DNA of 64,000 nt from Camelus ferus (taxonomy: Eukaryota). Position 1 is the first letter of the stretch; every line of letters begins with the position of its first letter. The position numbers and the translations under genes were made by a program. The DNA lies in contig NC_045697.1 of the NCBI RefSeq assembly GCF_009834535.1, positions 117,740,001 through 117,804,000 on the forward strand. The letters run 5' to 3'. The notes below the pieces were generated by a model, which did not search any database, was not told where the DNA came from, and worked only from the letters and a program-made list of their open reading frames with translations. Below are positions 1 through 13,605 of the stretch, piece after piece.

Positions 1-570
1 TCATAGCAGCACTATTTACAATAGCCGAGACACGGAAGCAACCTAAGTGTCCATCGACAGATGACTGGATAAAGAAGATGTGGTATAGGATTTATACAAT
101 GGAATATTACTCAGCCATGAAAAAGAATAAAATAATACCATTTCTAGCAACATGGATGGACCTGAAGCGCATTTTGCTAAGTGAGGTAAGTCAGACCGAG
201 AAAGACAAATATTATACACTATCACTTAAATATGAAATCTAAAATATGATACAAATGAACTCATTTACAAAACAGAAACAGACTCATGGACATAGAAAAC
301 AAACATGGTTACCAAAGGGGAAGGGGAAGGGATAAATTAGGAGTTTAGGATTAGCAGATATACACTACCGAATATAAAATAGATAAGCAACAAAGACCTA
401 TATATATAGCATAGGGAACTATATTCAATACCTTGTAATAACCTATAATGAAAAAGAATCTGAAAAGGAACATATATATATATATACACACACACATATA
501 TATATATGATTAAACACTATGCTGTACACCAGAAATTAACACAACATTATAAACTGACTACAATAAAAAA
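1..570 (+). mobile_element. LINE-1 3' end (ORF2 terminus remnant plus 3'UTR), runs off the window start
   Basis: Typical L1 motifs (GCAACCTAAGTGTCCATCGACAGATGACTGGATAAAGAAGATGTGG; GGGAACTATATTCAATACCTTGTAATAACCTATAATG), ending in AATAAAAAA near 562-570. Confidence 0.92.
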
Positions 571-2054
571 TTTGCTCCATTCTAATGTTTATTAATCTCT
601 TAATGCATGCCTAATGAACAATAATAATTCTTTAACACTTAAAAAGAAAATTTTCAAGTTTTTGTGGACTTATTAGTATATATTTTTAAATAACATCTGT
701 TTACCATCAAAAAAGTATATAATGTTGCTTTTTGTACAATGCCATGTGCCTGGTAACAGGGGTGTGCTGATTCAATGATACACATTTCCTGTTTGGAATT
801 TATTAGATTTAGAATATGCTCACAGGACTTGGCCTGTCAACATTTGACTTGATGCCATGAGCTTCCAATAACCCCATATTTTTAATCTTCTCCTGTTCAT
901 GTGAGGGGAGCCTACCAGTTGTTGAAAAATTATTGCTATTTTATGAATACAACTCTTGGCAATTTTTTCTTTGGCTCTGTTGGGGTGAAGGAGGCAGTGA
1001 AACACGAGTGACTCCAATTCGCACACTTGTCACGTGTAGTTTCAATACCTTTCTAGTAGTTTCATGACAGAACAATAATGTACTTTTAAATTTATGCTCC
1101 TAATAGAACTCTATCTATAAATTAATGTGGCTAATTTTGTTTTTAACAAACACCTTTCCCAAAGGACTCTGTTATACTCCATAGAGTCTGTGGGATGTCA
1201 GTCACAAATTCCAAGAGGGTTGACATTGCTTAAAATACAGTTTTTAAAGCATGTTCCATTTGTGTATTAAGCTCAGATGGATGGGTATTTTCTGAGTCAG
1301 CCAACATTTAATGAATGTCCGCCATGTGCTTTTGTGTCCCAAGTCCTCTCCCAAGACTCTGGGGACCAGGATGGGAGGTGAGCACATGTGAATGAATAGA
1401 AGTAACATGGTGTGGCAAGTGGGAGGATGGAGAGGTTCTCCGGCTCCAGGATCACAGAGAAGAGTCCTGTGACTCAGCACGGAGTTATCCAGAATGTTTC
1501 CAGATGGAAATGGTGTCAGGGCTGTGACCTCATATGTAAACAGACACCTGCCAGGGAGGAAAAGGGGAGGAGTTTAGAAGTAAAAGTCTGAAGGCAAGAG
1601 ACAGCCTGATGCGCAGGAGAAAATGCATGTGGTTTGATGTCGCGGGGACCAGCGGCAGAGTTAGAAGATGAAGGACAGGCAGAGACAACAGGCTGGTGAC
1701 TGTCCAGCTGCATCATCTGTCCCGACGGACAACACTGCAGAATTTCAAGGACAGGAGCCACACGGTCACACCTGGAAAGAAGGAGTGTGAATCTGAGAAA
1801 GATAAGACCCGAAGCAGCAAGGTCAACTTAGCGGCAGCTAAAATAGCTCAGGCAGAGATAACGAAGCCCTTAAATAGAACAATAACACCAGGACGGGGGG
1901 ATGCAGATTGAAGAACTATTTCAAAGATGGCATTGGCGGTCCCTGCACTAGGAGGGAGAGGAGGAATCGGGGATGCTTTCTCAGACCCCACCTCAGGTGA
2001 TCAACCAGCCTGAAGGGTTTATTTCACAAGTGACAGAAACCTCATTGCATGTAG

Positions 2055-2150
2055 GTACACCAGAGATTGACATGTTGTCATTGACTGTACTTCAATAAAA
2101 ATAAATAAGTAAACAAATAAACAAGTAAATAACAAGACAACAACAACAAA
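2055..2150 (+). mobile_element. Very short L1 3'-terminal fragment with A-rich tail
   Basis: TACACCAGAGATTGACATG...TACTTCAATAAAAA matches the terminus of other L1 copies in this window. Confidence 0.75.
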
Positions 2151-2521
2151 AGAAATCTCATTGTAAACCGGGTTTAAAAGAAGTGAGATGGAAACATTCC
2201 TCCTTCCAGCACACAGGTCCCACGGCACGTCATGAGGCTTTGTCTCTGTCCGGCTCCCTCTCCGTACCTGTAGTCCCCCCTTCAAACACCCTGGCCCCCT
2301 GTCTGCCTCACCAGGGCCCCTTGGTCTTCTCCAAAATCCAGTCGCAAGATCTACCCCAGCCCAACGTAAAGCCTCCACGAATCAGCTCCAGGACTGAGGC
2401 CAATACGTGGGTGTCATACAAACAGTTAAATATTTGGGATCAGCCCTTGGAATGAGACTCATGGAGCATATTCATTTCAGAGTCCCATACACGTGATGTA
2501 GAGGGCTTCGCTATCTGAGAG

Positions 2522-3146
2522 CGATGCAAGGGAAAGGGGGCGAGAGGATGGTCACGTCCCAGGTCCCAGGCGGGTCCTTGGGATGCACCCATTAAGTGAA
2601 TGTCTTGGGCTTCACGCAGGAAAGAATTCAAGAGTGCGTCATAGTAGAGTTAAGACGGATTTATTCAGAGACATGCCCACTCCATAGACAGAGTGCAGGT
2701 CGTCTCAACAGGCCAGAGAAAGGCCAGGAACATGTATGTTCCATAGGCAGAATGTGGGTTGTCCTCCTCAGAAGGGAGAGCGGGGGGCGGGGGGGCCTCA
2801 GAGCATGGAGCTGGCCAGGAAGATGAGATCGGCCACGAGCTGCAGGGTTGTTTGTTTTTATGGGCTCGGTAACTTCACATGCCAACAAGTGGGAGGATTA
2901 CTCCAACCACTTTGGGGAAGGGGCTGGGATGCCCAGGAATTGGGCCACCACTCACCCTTTGACCTTTGATGGGCAGCCTTGAAACTGTCCCAGCGCCTGT
3001 GGGAGTGCCATTTGGCAGCTACTGTATTTCAATGAGTGTGGACTGAAGCTCAGGGTCTACTGGGAGTTGAGTCTTCTGCCATCTTGGTGCTAAGGGCTGT
3101 GCCATTCTCTTAATGGCTGTGCTCTGCCCCCTTCCCTCCTGTCTCA
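2522..3146 (-). mobile_element. ERV1-class solo LTR
   Basis: Minus strand starts TGAGACAGGAGGGAAG and shares CACTCTTGAATTCTTTCCTGC(G/A)TGAAGCC and a TGCATC end with the LTR at 10341-10994; imperfect 4-bp TSD AGAG/AGAA. Confidence 0.8.
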
Positions 3147-6100
3147 AGAAGGTGGGGCTGAGGAATCAGATTTGCTGAGCAGGACCTGGTAGGTTCTCTG
3201 GATGCCCCGAAAACACACGTGTGCTCTGTCACACAAAACTTGCCAAGAGTCGGGGGCCTGGCTCAGTGCTGAAGTCCTGGGGCCTGCGTCAGACTAAATT
3301 GTTCTGTCCATAACAACGGGGGCTTACATTCCCCTAGAAGCAGTTCCTGAGACAAGGCTTAAAGCGCAATAAGTATTTTTGCAAATGACCCCAACAAACA
3401 CCAACAGGGAACAATGGTGGCTGACAGGCGCTGCTTTCTTGCTGTGTTTTCATACGGTCATTCCCATCAGTTCAGTGTCATCAGTGTCTACACCGGGCAA
3501 AGCTTACCAAACTGTGTGCCTGAAGTGCACAAATTAATTTCATAGACGTCATAATAAATGAATTTTTTTAAATTGAAAAGCAATCTCCAATTACCTCCCC
3601 AACTCATTCCATCCCACCTACTGTCATTGCCTGGCCACTAACACGGCTTTCTTCACAGTCAGCAGTGACCTCCACATTCCCAGATCCAGCACCTTCTCTA
3701 CCTGGTTCCATTAACCACCTTCCTGACCTCCAACAATGGAATGCATACTCTGGGCCCAGCCCTTGTGACCACGCCTCCTGATTTATTACAAGATTGGTTC
3801 TTCAGCCCCTCTCCTCAATCTTTCTTCTCCACCCAAAGCCTACAAATCAGACGTTCTCAGGGCTTCATCTAGGCTGCCCTCAATTGTCCCAAGACCTTGC
3901 ACAGTGCCTGACACACATAGTTAATATTTGTTGGAAAAAGGGTAAATAATAAATAAAATACTGCAAATTACCAAGCTCAGAATGCAGCTGTATCAATACA
4001 GTCTTAACGAGTCCTGATCTGGAAGAGTCTCTTTCTAAAATGTTCGTAATGGCAATTTACATTGGTAAATACTACAAGGTAAATGTGCTGTTCTGTCCAC
4101 TCATCCTAAAAATCATTTTGGTCAGCATTCTCAGATACGTCTCAAAATACGTCCCCTGTGTTTTCCAACTCCTCTCTGTGATCCCTTTCCTGTTACCAAC
4201 AGTAAGAGACATCAGATAAGGGACAGAGCTATGGTCTGACCCAGATCAGTCTCGAGAGCCCATGTACATACTAATGTGGGAGCATTTTTAGAGGAAAACA
4301 GAAGTTGTAGCTCACTGTTTTTAAAAACTCAGCTTATTTGTTCATATTGTTGAAACCAGCTGTATTTTCCTTGGGAAGAAAAATAGGAGGCATAGGAGTT
4401 AAACATTTTTTTTAACGTGATGTTTAATTTTCAGTAACAATTCTTAAAAAAGCGGAGAATGATATTTAAATTTATGCATAATAATGGTTGCTTTTTCTTT
4501 TAAAATATGGCCAATAGTCTCCATAGTAACAGATTCAGAGTCCCCTGTATGTGCCTCCTGAGGTTATCAATGTGCATAACCACACAATGTTAGATTCAGA
4601 GAATGGCAAAGAACAAACCCATAGCAGACATCACAAGTTTTAATAATTGCAGTGGTTTTAATTTACATTTAAATCTAGAAATTATTAATATTCATTGTCA
4701 TTTTATTATGTAATGATAAAGGCGATGTTTCCTTCTACATCTAAACACTATTAATGTTAATGCAAACACAATTTGCATGTGTATGGAAGACTGGCCGCAG
4801 CCATCAATCACTGTCCCTTTCTGGTGCTCCAAGGAGTTCACACATCACAGAACCATCGGCACAGGCCCAAACAGAAAGTGGCCACTGTCATTTCATAACT
4901 CGTATTTATATAGAAAGATAAGGACCAAAGGGAGTCTAAGAATCCTAAACTGTTCAACACTTGGAGAATAATTCAGATAATAGACTTTTCTAAACAAATG
5001 GAAATTCTGATTAGAGGATCTTTATCTTTCTCCCTTGGAAGCTTTCTTCTTTATTTTTTTTTTTTTTAGATTCCACCTTCTTTGCCCTGCTCCTTAGTAA
5101 GTTTGTGTGTTTTTTTGTTTATTTAAACATTTGAAAAAAAAATTTAGCGTGAGCTATACTCTGCCTCTGGCTAGAAAAGTCTTTAAGGTTCAGGTAGGCA
5201 GGTTTCTAAGACATCATGACTGCTTTGATGGGATGTCCAGCCAAAAAAATCTCTCTGGAATCAGGCTGTTTCCCTTTAAAGAAAATAAAAAGATTCTTTA
5301 AAAAGCAATTGTCTACTCACAATAAAGATTATGAGAATATATTTTTTCTAGTAAAAAAATCAGAGAATTGGAAATTGAATCAGAAAATGTTGGAAACAGA
5401 ATCTTGAAATCAACTAGCTGAACTTTTATTTTTGCAGTTATAGAAGCTGAGGACCAGAATAGTTGACTTTCTCTTGTCGTTATTAAAGTCATGTACCTAA
5501 TTGTGGTAGAGCACAGAATTTCTATTGTGGGCACTTAGCATTGTAACACGATGCCCTATGATAAATTACCATCCTGCACCAGCATTTGGTATATTTTAAA
5601 GCCCTTTTTATATCTTTCAAAATTAAATTTCTAATGAAAACTCACTCGTAGTTTCAGAAATACATGCTCCCTTTCTCCCATGCAGTTTTGCGTCTGATCA
5701 GCTTCACAAGGCACATTTAAATGGAGCATTGCTTGGAAACTCCATACCTTGTCAGTTGCCAATGCACTATTTCAGACGAAACCTACTAAGTATATCAGAT
5801 GAAACCTACTAAGGAAAAAGGAAATATTATAAATAGCATTTTTATTTATTTTTGTTGAAGTGTGTTTGGTTCACTCTATGTAGTTAGAAAAATTTTAGTC
5901 CGATTTCACAGTATAATTAACTGCTCAAAGCACATGAGATGCAAAATGAATCGTCACTTCCTTAATTTACTTTACATAAGAATATCCATAAAACAGGGAC
6001 ATTTCATGTCCCATTTTAGCTTGGTGGCTCTTAAATTTTCTTCTAGCCAGGCTACAGCAGTCAGCAATTATTAGTTCAAAACCACACTTTCACACACACA

Positions 6101-7192
6101 CATATTTTAAATTGTAACACAAACTTCAAAATCTAAAATTAAAAAAGAAGAACTTCATTTGACATCATGATTTCAAACTAGGAAGGAGGTCTTTCCTAGA
6201 AGTTAGTCTCCAAAATCATTACATCTTGGCTGTAACAGGTAGGCTATTAAATAGAGTCTTGTGAACCATCTGTCATGTAAAATTTCTCTACCATATATTT
6301 AAACCAGTCAAGGAATGGAAGTAGAGGCTGTTTGCCAGGCCTCAGTAATACTGTGGAGTGAACGTGACCATGGTATCTGTGAAAACACAGATTCTGCATG
6401 GGTTCCATCTTGGAAAATGCTTCCCCTGGTCTTCTTCCAGCTCATCAAAGAAATGAGATGAATAAATTTCACTTAGGTGTGAGCTCAGAAATCAGTGCTG
6501 CTTGACTGCTGTTTTCCATGATGTAGGTCTTCCTTGTATAAAATCCTCTGACAGCCAAGCAAGACCATGAACTTCACGTGGCTCCAGTCTCCCTAACTCC
6601 ATCAGAAGTAGCTGTTGTCCAATCCTGGTTTTCTTCTGTGAAGGTTTATCATGGGTGTAAGTACATTTGGCTGCTTCATAGTTCTGTTAATTTCACTCAG
6701 CAGTGATTAAAAGACGTGTTAAACTGTGGAACCGCATGCACCTGGCATTGGACACTGCAGTTGAGAGGCAGGACAGGGATCCTTAGCTGATCAAAAAAAA
6801 GAAAGAGAGCTAAGAAAGCAAAATTTCTGCCATCAGAGAGTTTACAGTCAATTGCAGGGAGGGTCTATCAAATAAACTAGAGGAGATAATCATTAATTTG
6901 CAGCAGCGAGGTTAAGGACTCATCCTAGAAAGTTCTCGGAAGGACTGAGAGACTTCCCTGGTAATGTAGTTAGTGATGGAGATAAAGAAGAGGGGACAGA
7001 AAGACCTCTTTAGTCAAAAAATGAGTGAGGGTTATCTTCATTTTAAGACATCATTAGTTATAAAACTCTCCAGTGAATTAATAACAGCCTTTGGAGACAG
7101 AGAGAAACAGGGGACCTCTGACTTCAAAGCTTGGATCATGACTGGGCGTCTGTCTACACTGCCTCCAAACACTTGTTGGACAACCTTGATAA

Positions 7193-7430
7193 GAGGCAGA
7201 GTGATGGTCAAGTGCATGGACTCTAGAGTTAGGCTACCTGAGTTCAAATCCCAGCTCTGCCGCTCTCCTCCTGAATGGTCTCAGGCCAATTGCTCAGCCT
7301 CTCAGTACCCCACACATGCTTCCTCTGTAAAACTCGCTAAATCCACCTGTCTCCTATGGTTACGGTGACAACTCCGGTGACACAGTGGAGTTCTTAAGAT
7401 AGCACCTGGCGCCTAGTCAATCAGCTATTA
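7193..7430 (+). mobile_element. MIR SINE
   Basis: MIR core similarity (GCATGGACTCTAGAG...GAGTTCAAATCCCAGCTCTGCC...CCTCTGTAAAA). Confidence 0.75.
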
Positions 7431-8579
7431 CACTATGATCAGTGCAATACGTTAAGTTCTAGGAAAAAGAGGCTCTAAAGAAAAGTGTAATGGAAGAGAA
7501 CTCTAGAATGTTCTAGAATAAGTTCTGGAATCTATCCTTGTGGCGTGAGCATGAGAAAGGAAGCAAAGATCGGCAGGCCTGAGGACAGGAATTGAGGTAT
7601 GTCAGGAAACCCCGAGACCTGCAGGAGTGGGAGGCCCGGCCTACAGGGCAGAGCAGATCACGCTTAAGGAGAAGTTTGTATCCTGCAGACAAAGGGAGAC
7701 TGAGACCTTAAGACCTGGGGCTCGGGTTGTGATCAATTTGTGTTTAAACAGATCAGGCTGGTAATCTGAGGACAGTTTGCAGGAACATCACCATAGGAGA
7801 GGCAGAGAGCGGTCTGGAGGGCTTTTTGTGGGGAGGAGACACTGCAAGAAGACCAGGGTTCTATCCGGGGTGGGAACAAACACAAAGGAAGATGACTGGA
7901 GGCCTCACATTAGAGGGCACTCACCGAGGGCACAATGATCCATTTTTATGGATGCATTGAGGGTCTCCACAGGTTGCTCTTTTGGTCAAGTCCACGAGAA
8001 TCTCAAGGTCACTGGGAACAGAAACTCTGTCTCCAACTTAGAATGTTCACCTTCACCCAGAAACTAGGAGGTCATCTCCCTAACTTCTCATTTTTCTCCT
8101 TCTGTCCTTCAGAAACATACTTGAATACATATTGTAAGTTTCCTTCATCACAGGCTGTCAGCACCAGCAAGACAGTAACGGTGATTTTACAGCCAGGTTT
8201 TATTGCTAAGAATCAGGGCAGCAGACCCTTTTTCCTTCATAAGGTTTCAGAAGCTTCATTTCTCATGTCTGTAGCCACGGAAAAGGGTATTCCATCTGAG
8301 ACACAGTGACGGTTTCATCGACTCAATGTCTAGTTCCTGTACACTCTGGGCACTGTCCTTTCCATGTCAGACAAAAGCAGAATGACTTAGTTTGTTGTCG
8401 GCAATAGAGTTTTAAACTACATACTTATGACTCGAATTGTGCGGAGTTACCAAATAAACACCAAGTGCTTAATAGAAATGTGCACTTCCTAGGTTTGAAA
8501 TGTCTTTTTTGGGGTCGTACCACACCTAGCACTGTACTAACAGCAGGGAGGACTAAAAACGAGATGGATTAACATGCCA

Positions 8580-8870
8580 GCTCTGAAGCCAGCTCCCCAG
8601 ATTCAAATTCTGCCTTTGGTCCTTATAAACGTGTGACTTTGGTCCAGTTTTACAAAGCCTTTCAGGGGCTCAGTTTCTCAACTATAAGATGGGGCTTTGA
8701 GGAGGAGGGTATAGCTCAGGGGTAGAGTGTGTGCTTTGCATGCATGGGGTCCTGGGTTCAATCCCCAGCACCTCCATTATAAACAAAATAAACAAATAAA
8801 CCTAACTCCCCCTACCCCATTTTTTTCAAAAATGGGGATTCAATGAGTATCTACTCACAGAGTTGTAGTT
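8580..8870 (+). mobile_element. MIR interrupted by a younger SINE
   Basis: MIR core CTCAGTTTCTCAACTATAAGATGGGG resumes as AAAATGGGGATT...CTACTCACAGAGTTGT after the SINE. Confidence 0.65.
8702..8818 (+). mobile_element. tRNA-derived SINE (camelid Vic-1-like)
   Basis: GGAGGGTATAGCTCAG (A box) ... GGGTTCAATCCCCAGCACCTCC (B box), then an AAAT-rich segment and CCTAACTCCCCC; degenerate duplication AAGATGGGGCTT/AAAATGGGGATT. Confidence 0.85.
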
Positions 8871-10340
8871 TCCCCATTGTTTGGGAAGTGGGAGAGGATT
8901 CTGCTGCAGCGCACTTTACCTCACTGTGGATATTTCATTAAAAAGGGTAGTAAGGTGTCACCAGCTTGGCAAGATGCAGAACGAAAATGAGCAGACTACT
9001 CTAGCTCCCAGAACAGGTGACAGTGGGTTCCCAGGCCAGACTGAACAGACTCTGCAGAACAAGAGATTTCTTTCCCCTGAGCTGGGCTGAGACTCCTGAC
9101 AGTGGGTTTCACAGCGATAATCATCTTCGAACAGAAATCTGGTAGGCAGAAAGAAAAAGATATTAGGAAGTACTTTGAATTCTTAAAAGGCTGTTGTTTG
9201 TTTCTGTTTTTGTTTTTAACAGGTGTGTAGTATAATCATTTGCCTCAGTAAATAGGAATAATAGTAGCTATAATAATTAGCCGATTCTCACATTTTTCAC
9301 TTTGGTTTTATGTGTGTCTAAAAAGCCATTCACAAAAGAAAGTAAGGAATTTTTTTTCCACTGACTGTCCAGTGGGACAAAAAAAAAAAATGACAGCCAC
9401 TAGTGTCTTTTCTCTAATATATCCTTTCAGATACAAATGGAATTTATCTAATGAGTTAGAACTTCAAGGGGGAAGATATTTGCTTGCCTGAGGGCTTAAT
9501 AAGTCACTAGTCATTTCCTGGAGCCTCTGTGCTTTCAGTAACTCCAACCAATCTAAAAACACCTTTGTCAAATTATCAGTGAAGATGCTAATTTGCCTTG
9601 CCATCAGACTTTAAAATAAACCCACCTCCCACACACAAACAAACAAAAAATTACCAAACCAAAAAAAACTTGACCAGGAATTTTGAATTAGAAACAGGTG
9701 GAGGGAGACCGGTAGGAATCTTATGAAAAAGAGGTTGAGACGCTGACATCTACGGTGAATCATAAATTGAGTCTTCAAAGGGAGCAACTGGGAAAATAGT
9801 GTATTTCTCCCAAGCCCCGATGCTGTGATTCGGTAGCAATCATGAGTACAGGAAGGAGGAATAATAATTCATTCCCTTTGTCCTCCAAGACCAGGAGATG
9901 GATCCTCTGATCTAACTGCCCACAGACATCCAGGGGAAGGCATCTGGGGTGACTGGCTTCGCCCGGGATGAACAGGAGGCTCAGGGAGCCCGCGCTTTGG
10001 GTGGGCTTCAACCCCCAGGCCAGCTTCCCCATGATGTCTTAGTCACCACCGCTGCCTCCTAGCTCAACTGTTTTATTTAGGCTGTTCCAGAAAGATAGCT
10101 GTCTGAGTGTCGTGTTCTGTTCTCAGACACGTGGGAACGTGTGTCTCCCATCCCACGAGTCTACCTTGAGCGAAATCCAGGGAGGGCAGTCATCAGGAAG
10201 AGAACTTAGAGAAACCTATAAAAGCGTCACCCAGGAAGGTTTCTGTCCAAAATCCAGGGCCTTAGTGTCCAGTGAGAGTCACAGGAGTCGAAGGGGTAGA
10301 CCAGGAGAGAAATGATAACCGTGCCTGTCCCCTGTGGTGT

Positions 10341-10994
10341 TGAGACAGGAAGGAAGTGGACAGGGCACAGCCACTCAAGGAGTAAGACAGAAGTTAATAC
10401 CAGAATGGTGAGAGATTCAACCCCCAGAAGCCTTGAGGCTCAGGATGGTGGGAGATCTGACTTCTAGTAGACCTTGAGCTTCATTACACACTCATTGTAA
10501 TATACTAGTATGGTGAATAACACGCCCACAGGCGCCATGACAGTCCTGTGGCTAGCCACAATAGGTCAAAGAGTGAGAGATGGCCAATTTCTGGGAATCC
10601 CAGCCCCTTCCCCAGGGTAGTTAGTCCTTCCACTTATTAGCACATGAAGCCACTGAGCCCATAAAAACTGGCAACATGGTGCCTCGTGGCGGCCTTTTTG
10701 CTCCCTCCCCTTCGGAGACGGCTCACACTGTCTGTGGAGTGTGCACCTACTTCTACTCTCATCTGAGTGCCCAGCCCCACACCTCGTGGCCTTTCTCCTG
10801 TCTTCTGAAACAGCCTACACTCTGTGCAGTATGTATCTCTCTAAATAAATCTACCTTTACTCAACAGTGGCTCACTCTTGAATTCTTTCCTGCATGAAGC
10901 CAAGGGCCCACACTTGGTGGGGCATGTCCCAGGGACTCAACCGAGACCTGGGACACAGCCCTCCTCACGCCCCACATCGGTTTTTCCTGCATCA
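10341..10994 (+). mobile_element. ERV1-class solo LTR, full length
   Basis: TG...CA termini, perfect 4-bp TSD GTGT (10337-10340 and 10995-10998), TATA-like CATAAAAA at 10660, AATAAA at 10844-10849. Confidence 0.88.
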
Positions 10995-12114
10995 GTGTGG
11001 CTCTGGGAAAATTAATTCTCCATTTCTCTGTGATCACCGAGGGAAACTCCAACTTTCCTCCAGGGGCTGGTGGGAAGATGAAATGAGAAAATATATCCTC
11101 AGGCATCTGATAGCTCCTGGGACATGACAGGTGCTTCAAAAAGTAAATTTGAACATGAATGACTCTCCCCTCCATTTATTTTCCCTGGTTGGCATTTGTT
11201 TAATTATAAATCCTTCTGAGCTGTCAGCAGGAGAAAAACTGTTTTTCACCCTCTTAATGTCCTGGAGGATGTGTAAAAGACAATTCAGGTGATGAGGAAG
11301 GAGAAAAGGTGGTCCAGGAAGATGGGGAATGCATCAGAGCAATTTGCGCCAATAAAAATAAAACTGGAAGAAGAAAATGATGCCTTAGGATGTTGCAGGG
11401 CTGTTTTAGGACAGAAGAGAGCAAGTCCTTTTCTTCCTATGAAGATGGCAGATGGCAGACAGTCATAATCACAGAAGAAAAGGACTTGAAAATCCCTTGA
11501 ACTGTCTTGAACTTCAAAAGCAGCTGAGGCTACTTTAATGGCAGATGAGTGAAGCTCTATTTTCCTTTCTGCTAACCAACTAGACTTCTTTAACGTCCAC
11601 TGAGTAGTGGACTGGGGCCACGCACCTCTTTTACAAAGGCTCGTAGCCAAGGGAAGGATCACGTTTGACACAATGATCACAAAGTGAAAGGGTCCTTCTC
11701 CCAGGACCTTTGAAAGGAGAGGGTCAGTATCCAAGAAAGGAAGATCTGTAGCTGCATCTTGACCTCTTGACTACGATTTGTCATGACACGGACAAAAGCC
11801 TTCCTATCCGACACGTGATTTCCGGGGAGAGAAAAATGGCATCTTAGAGACGGGAGGATGCAACCAAACGCAGCGCTGGTGGCTGTCCACATTTTAGGGG
11901 ATGCCCCTTGCTCTCAGGGCTGTACAGATGTCACCAGGGGGACTCTACGGGACTGCAGGACACTGGACTTCCGTTCTTGGCTCACAGCAATGTCACTTTC
12001 TTATTTACAACTCACCGATGTGCTACAGCTATTTTTCTTGACCTTGGGACCACACTGGCCCCTTTTGTTGTTGTTCCCATGATATCAAACACATATTAAA
12101 AATTAAAATGTGTA

Positions 12115-12275
12115 CAACAAATTTCTTCTGTATAGATTAATATCTTGTAGCAACCTATAATGAAAAAGAAAATGAAAAGGAACCTATGTGTGTATATGTA
12201 TGACTGAAACATGATGCTGTACACCAGAAATTGACACAACATTGGAAACTGACTCTACTTCAATAAAAATGAAAA
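12115..12275 (+). mobile_element. L1 3'UTR fragment
   Basis: AATATCTTGTAGCAACCTATAATGAAAAAG...GCTGTACACCAGAAATTGACACAAC...CTTCAATAAAAA. Confidence 0.85.
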
Positions 12276-13564
12276 AGTAAATACATAAAAATTGAAATGA
12301 GGATACCCACACATAATTTGTTCAGTTTCCCCAAATTCAGTACAATTCCCGAGACTTGCCTTGGCCAGGGATTTCCCAACTCTTCTTCCTCCTCTTTTTT
12401 TTGGTTCTCAGTAGAACTTGTCTTTCCAAACTGTAATAACAGATAAAAGAGAGATACCTTGATGGGACGAATGTAGGGAGAAGTGCATGTTCAACATCTC
12501 TTGCTGGCCTCCAAGGCGCCTTCGAGTTGAGCCTCTGCAACGTGTTCCGTGCGCATATTGTCATGGCGGCACCATTACGTTGGTAAAGCCTTTTCATCAC
12601 TGTCTGTGGTAGCTCACAGAATGGAAGAATTCCAAAGGGGTGAGAGGAATGAGGCAGACTCCATGGCAAATCTCTCCTGTAAAGGAGAGGAGCAGAGAGG
12701 ATTTTGAGGTCAAGTTTGTGCTGTCTGTTAGCAGTAAAGCCGGACCAAGTCCCCGGTCTCCCGCCTCCCGGTGAAATCAGCTTTTGTTTGGTGATCCAAG
12801 GTCACCAGGGCTCCTCTTTATTTGGGGCTATTTCAGGCGGCCTACTCCCTCTGACTTCTGAGTCAGACAAGCCCTTCTGAGATTTCAAAAAGAAATCTTG
12901 CATACTCAACTGTGATTTCCCAAAGGAAAAAGCAGCTTCACTTGAATGGGAACAGCCACAGAGGGCCACCTGAAGGCTAGTCCTTGTCACCTATTTCTCG
13001 TGGCCACTCACCTCTAACATTCCATCTCCCAACGTGCACCTGCTCCTTTCGAGAGCCAGGCCTTAACACAACCCTCGACCATTGGTCTCAGCAAGCAAGC
13101 CTTTCTCGGTTAGTTGGCAGTTGCTACACTGGGAGGTAGAGGGTGACTGATCTCGATAAACAAGGTAGAAGGAAAAGTGTGTTGTATTATTAGTTTTTTG
13201 GTTGGGAAAACAGAGTATTAATATGACCTGAAGTACTGAGACATAGCAAGGCTGTGTGTTTCTCAGGGTAGAGACAGTGGAGAGAGAAAAGGATGCTCTG
13301 AGAGATTAGTGCATTTCCTTTTTCCCCCTTGAGCAGTCTTTTTTCCTGCTGAGGTGCCGGCATTCGCTTTGCTCACTAATGACACCCCCAGCTCCCAGCC
13401 TCACCAAAGTGAGTGGAGAAGTTTTGCTCAGTAGCCATTATAGACACACAGTGGACATTTAGGTGGGTCATAGTTCTCCGCACAGAAAAGAAACTCAAAC
13501 TCCATTACCTGCCACTACAATACTGAAAAGTTCTGGTAAAAGTCTTAACTAATTTTGCATGCAT

Positions 13565-13566
<2 letters not shown>

Positions 13567-13604
<38 letters not shown>
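13567..13604. repeat. (GT)19 microsatellite
   Basis: Perfect dinucleotide run read directly. Confidence 0.97.

Positions 13605-13605
<1 letters not shown>

Noticed and set aside
8702..8775. tRNA-like sequence with A and B boxes
   Set aside because: It is the head of a SINE present in six diverged copies with AT-rich tails and TSDs, not a tRNA gene.
2522..10994. Possible provirus between the two related LTRs
   Set aside because: LTRs are in opposite orientation with separate TSDs; no PBS or gag/pol/env remnants seen between them.
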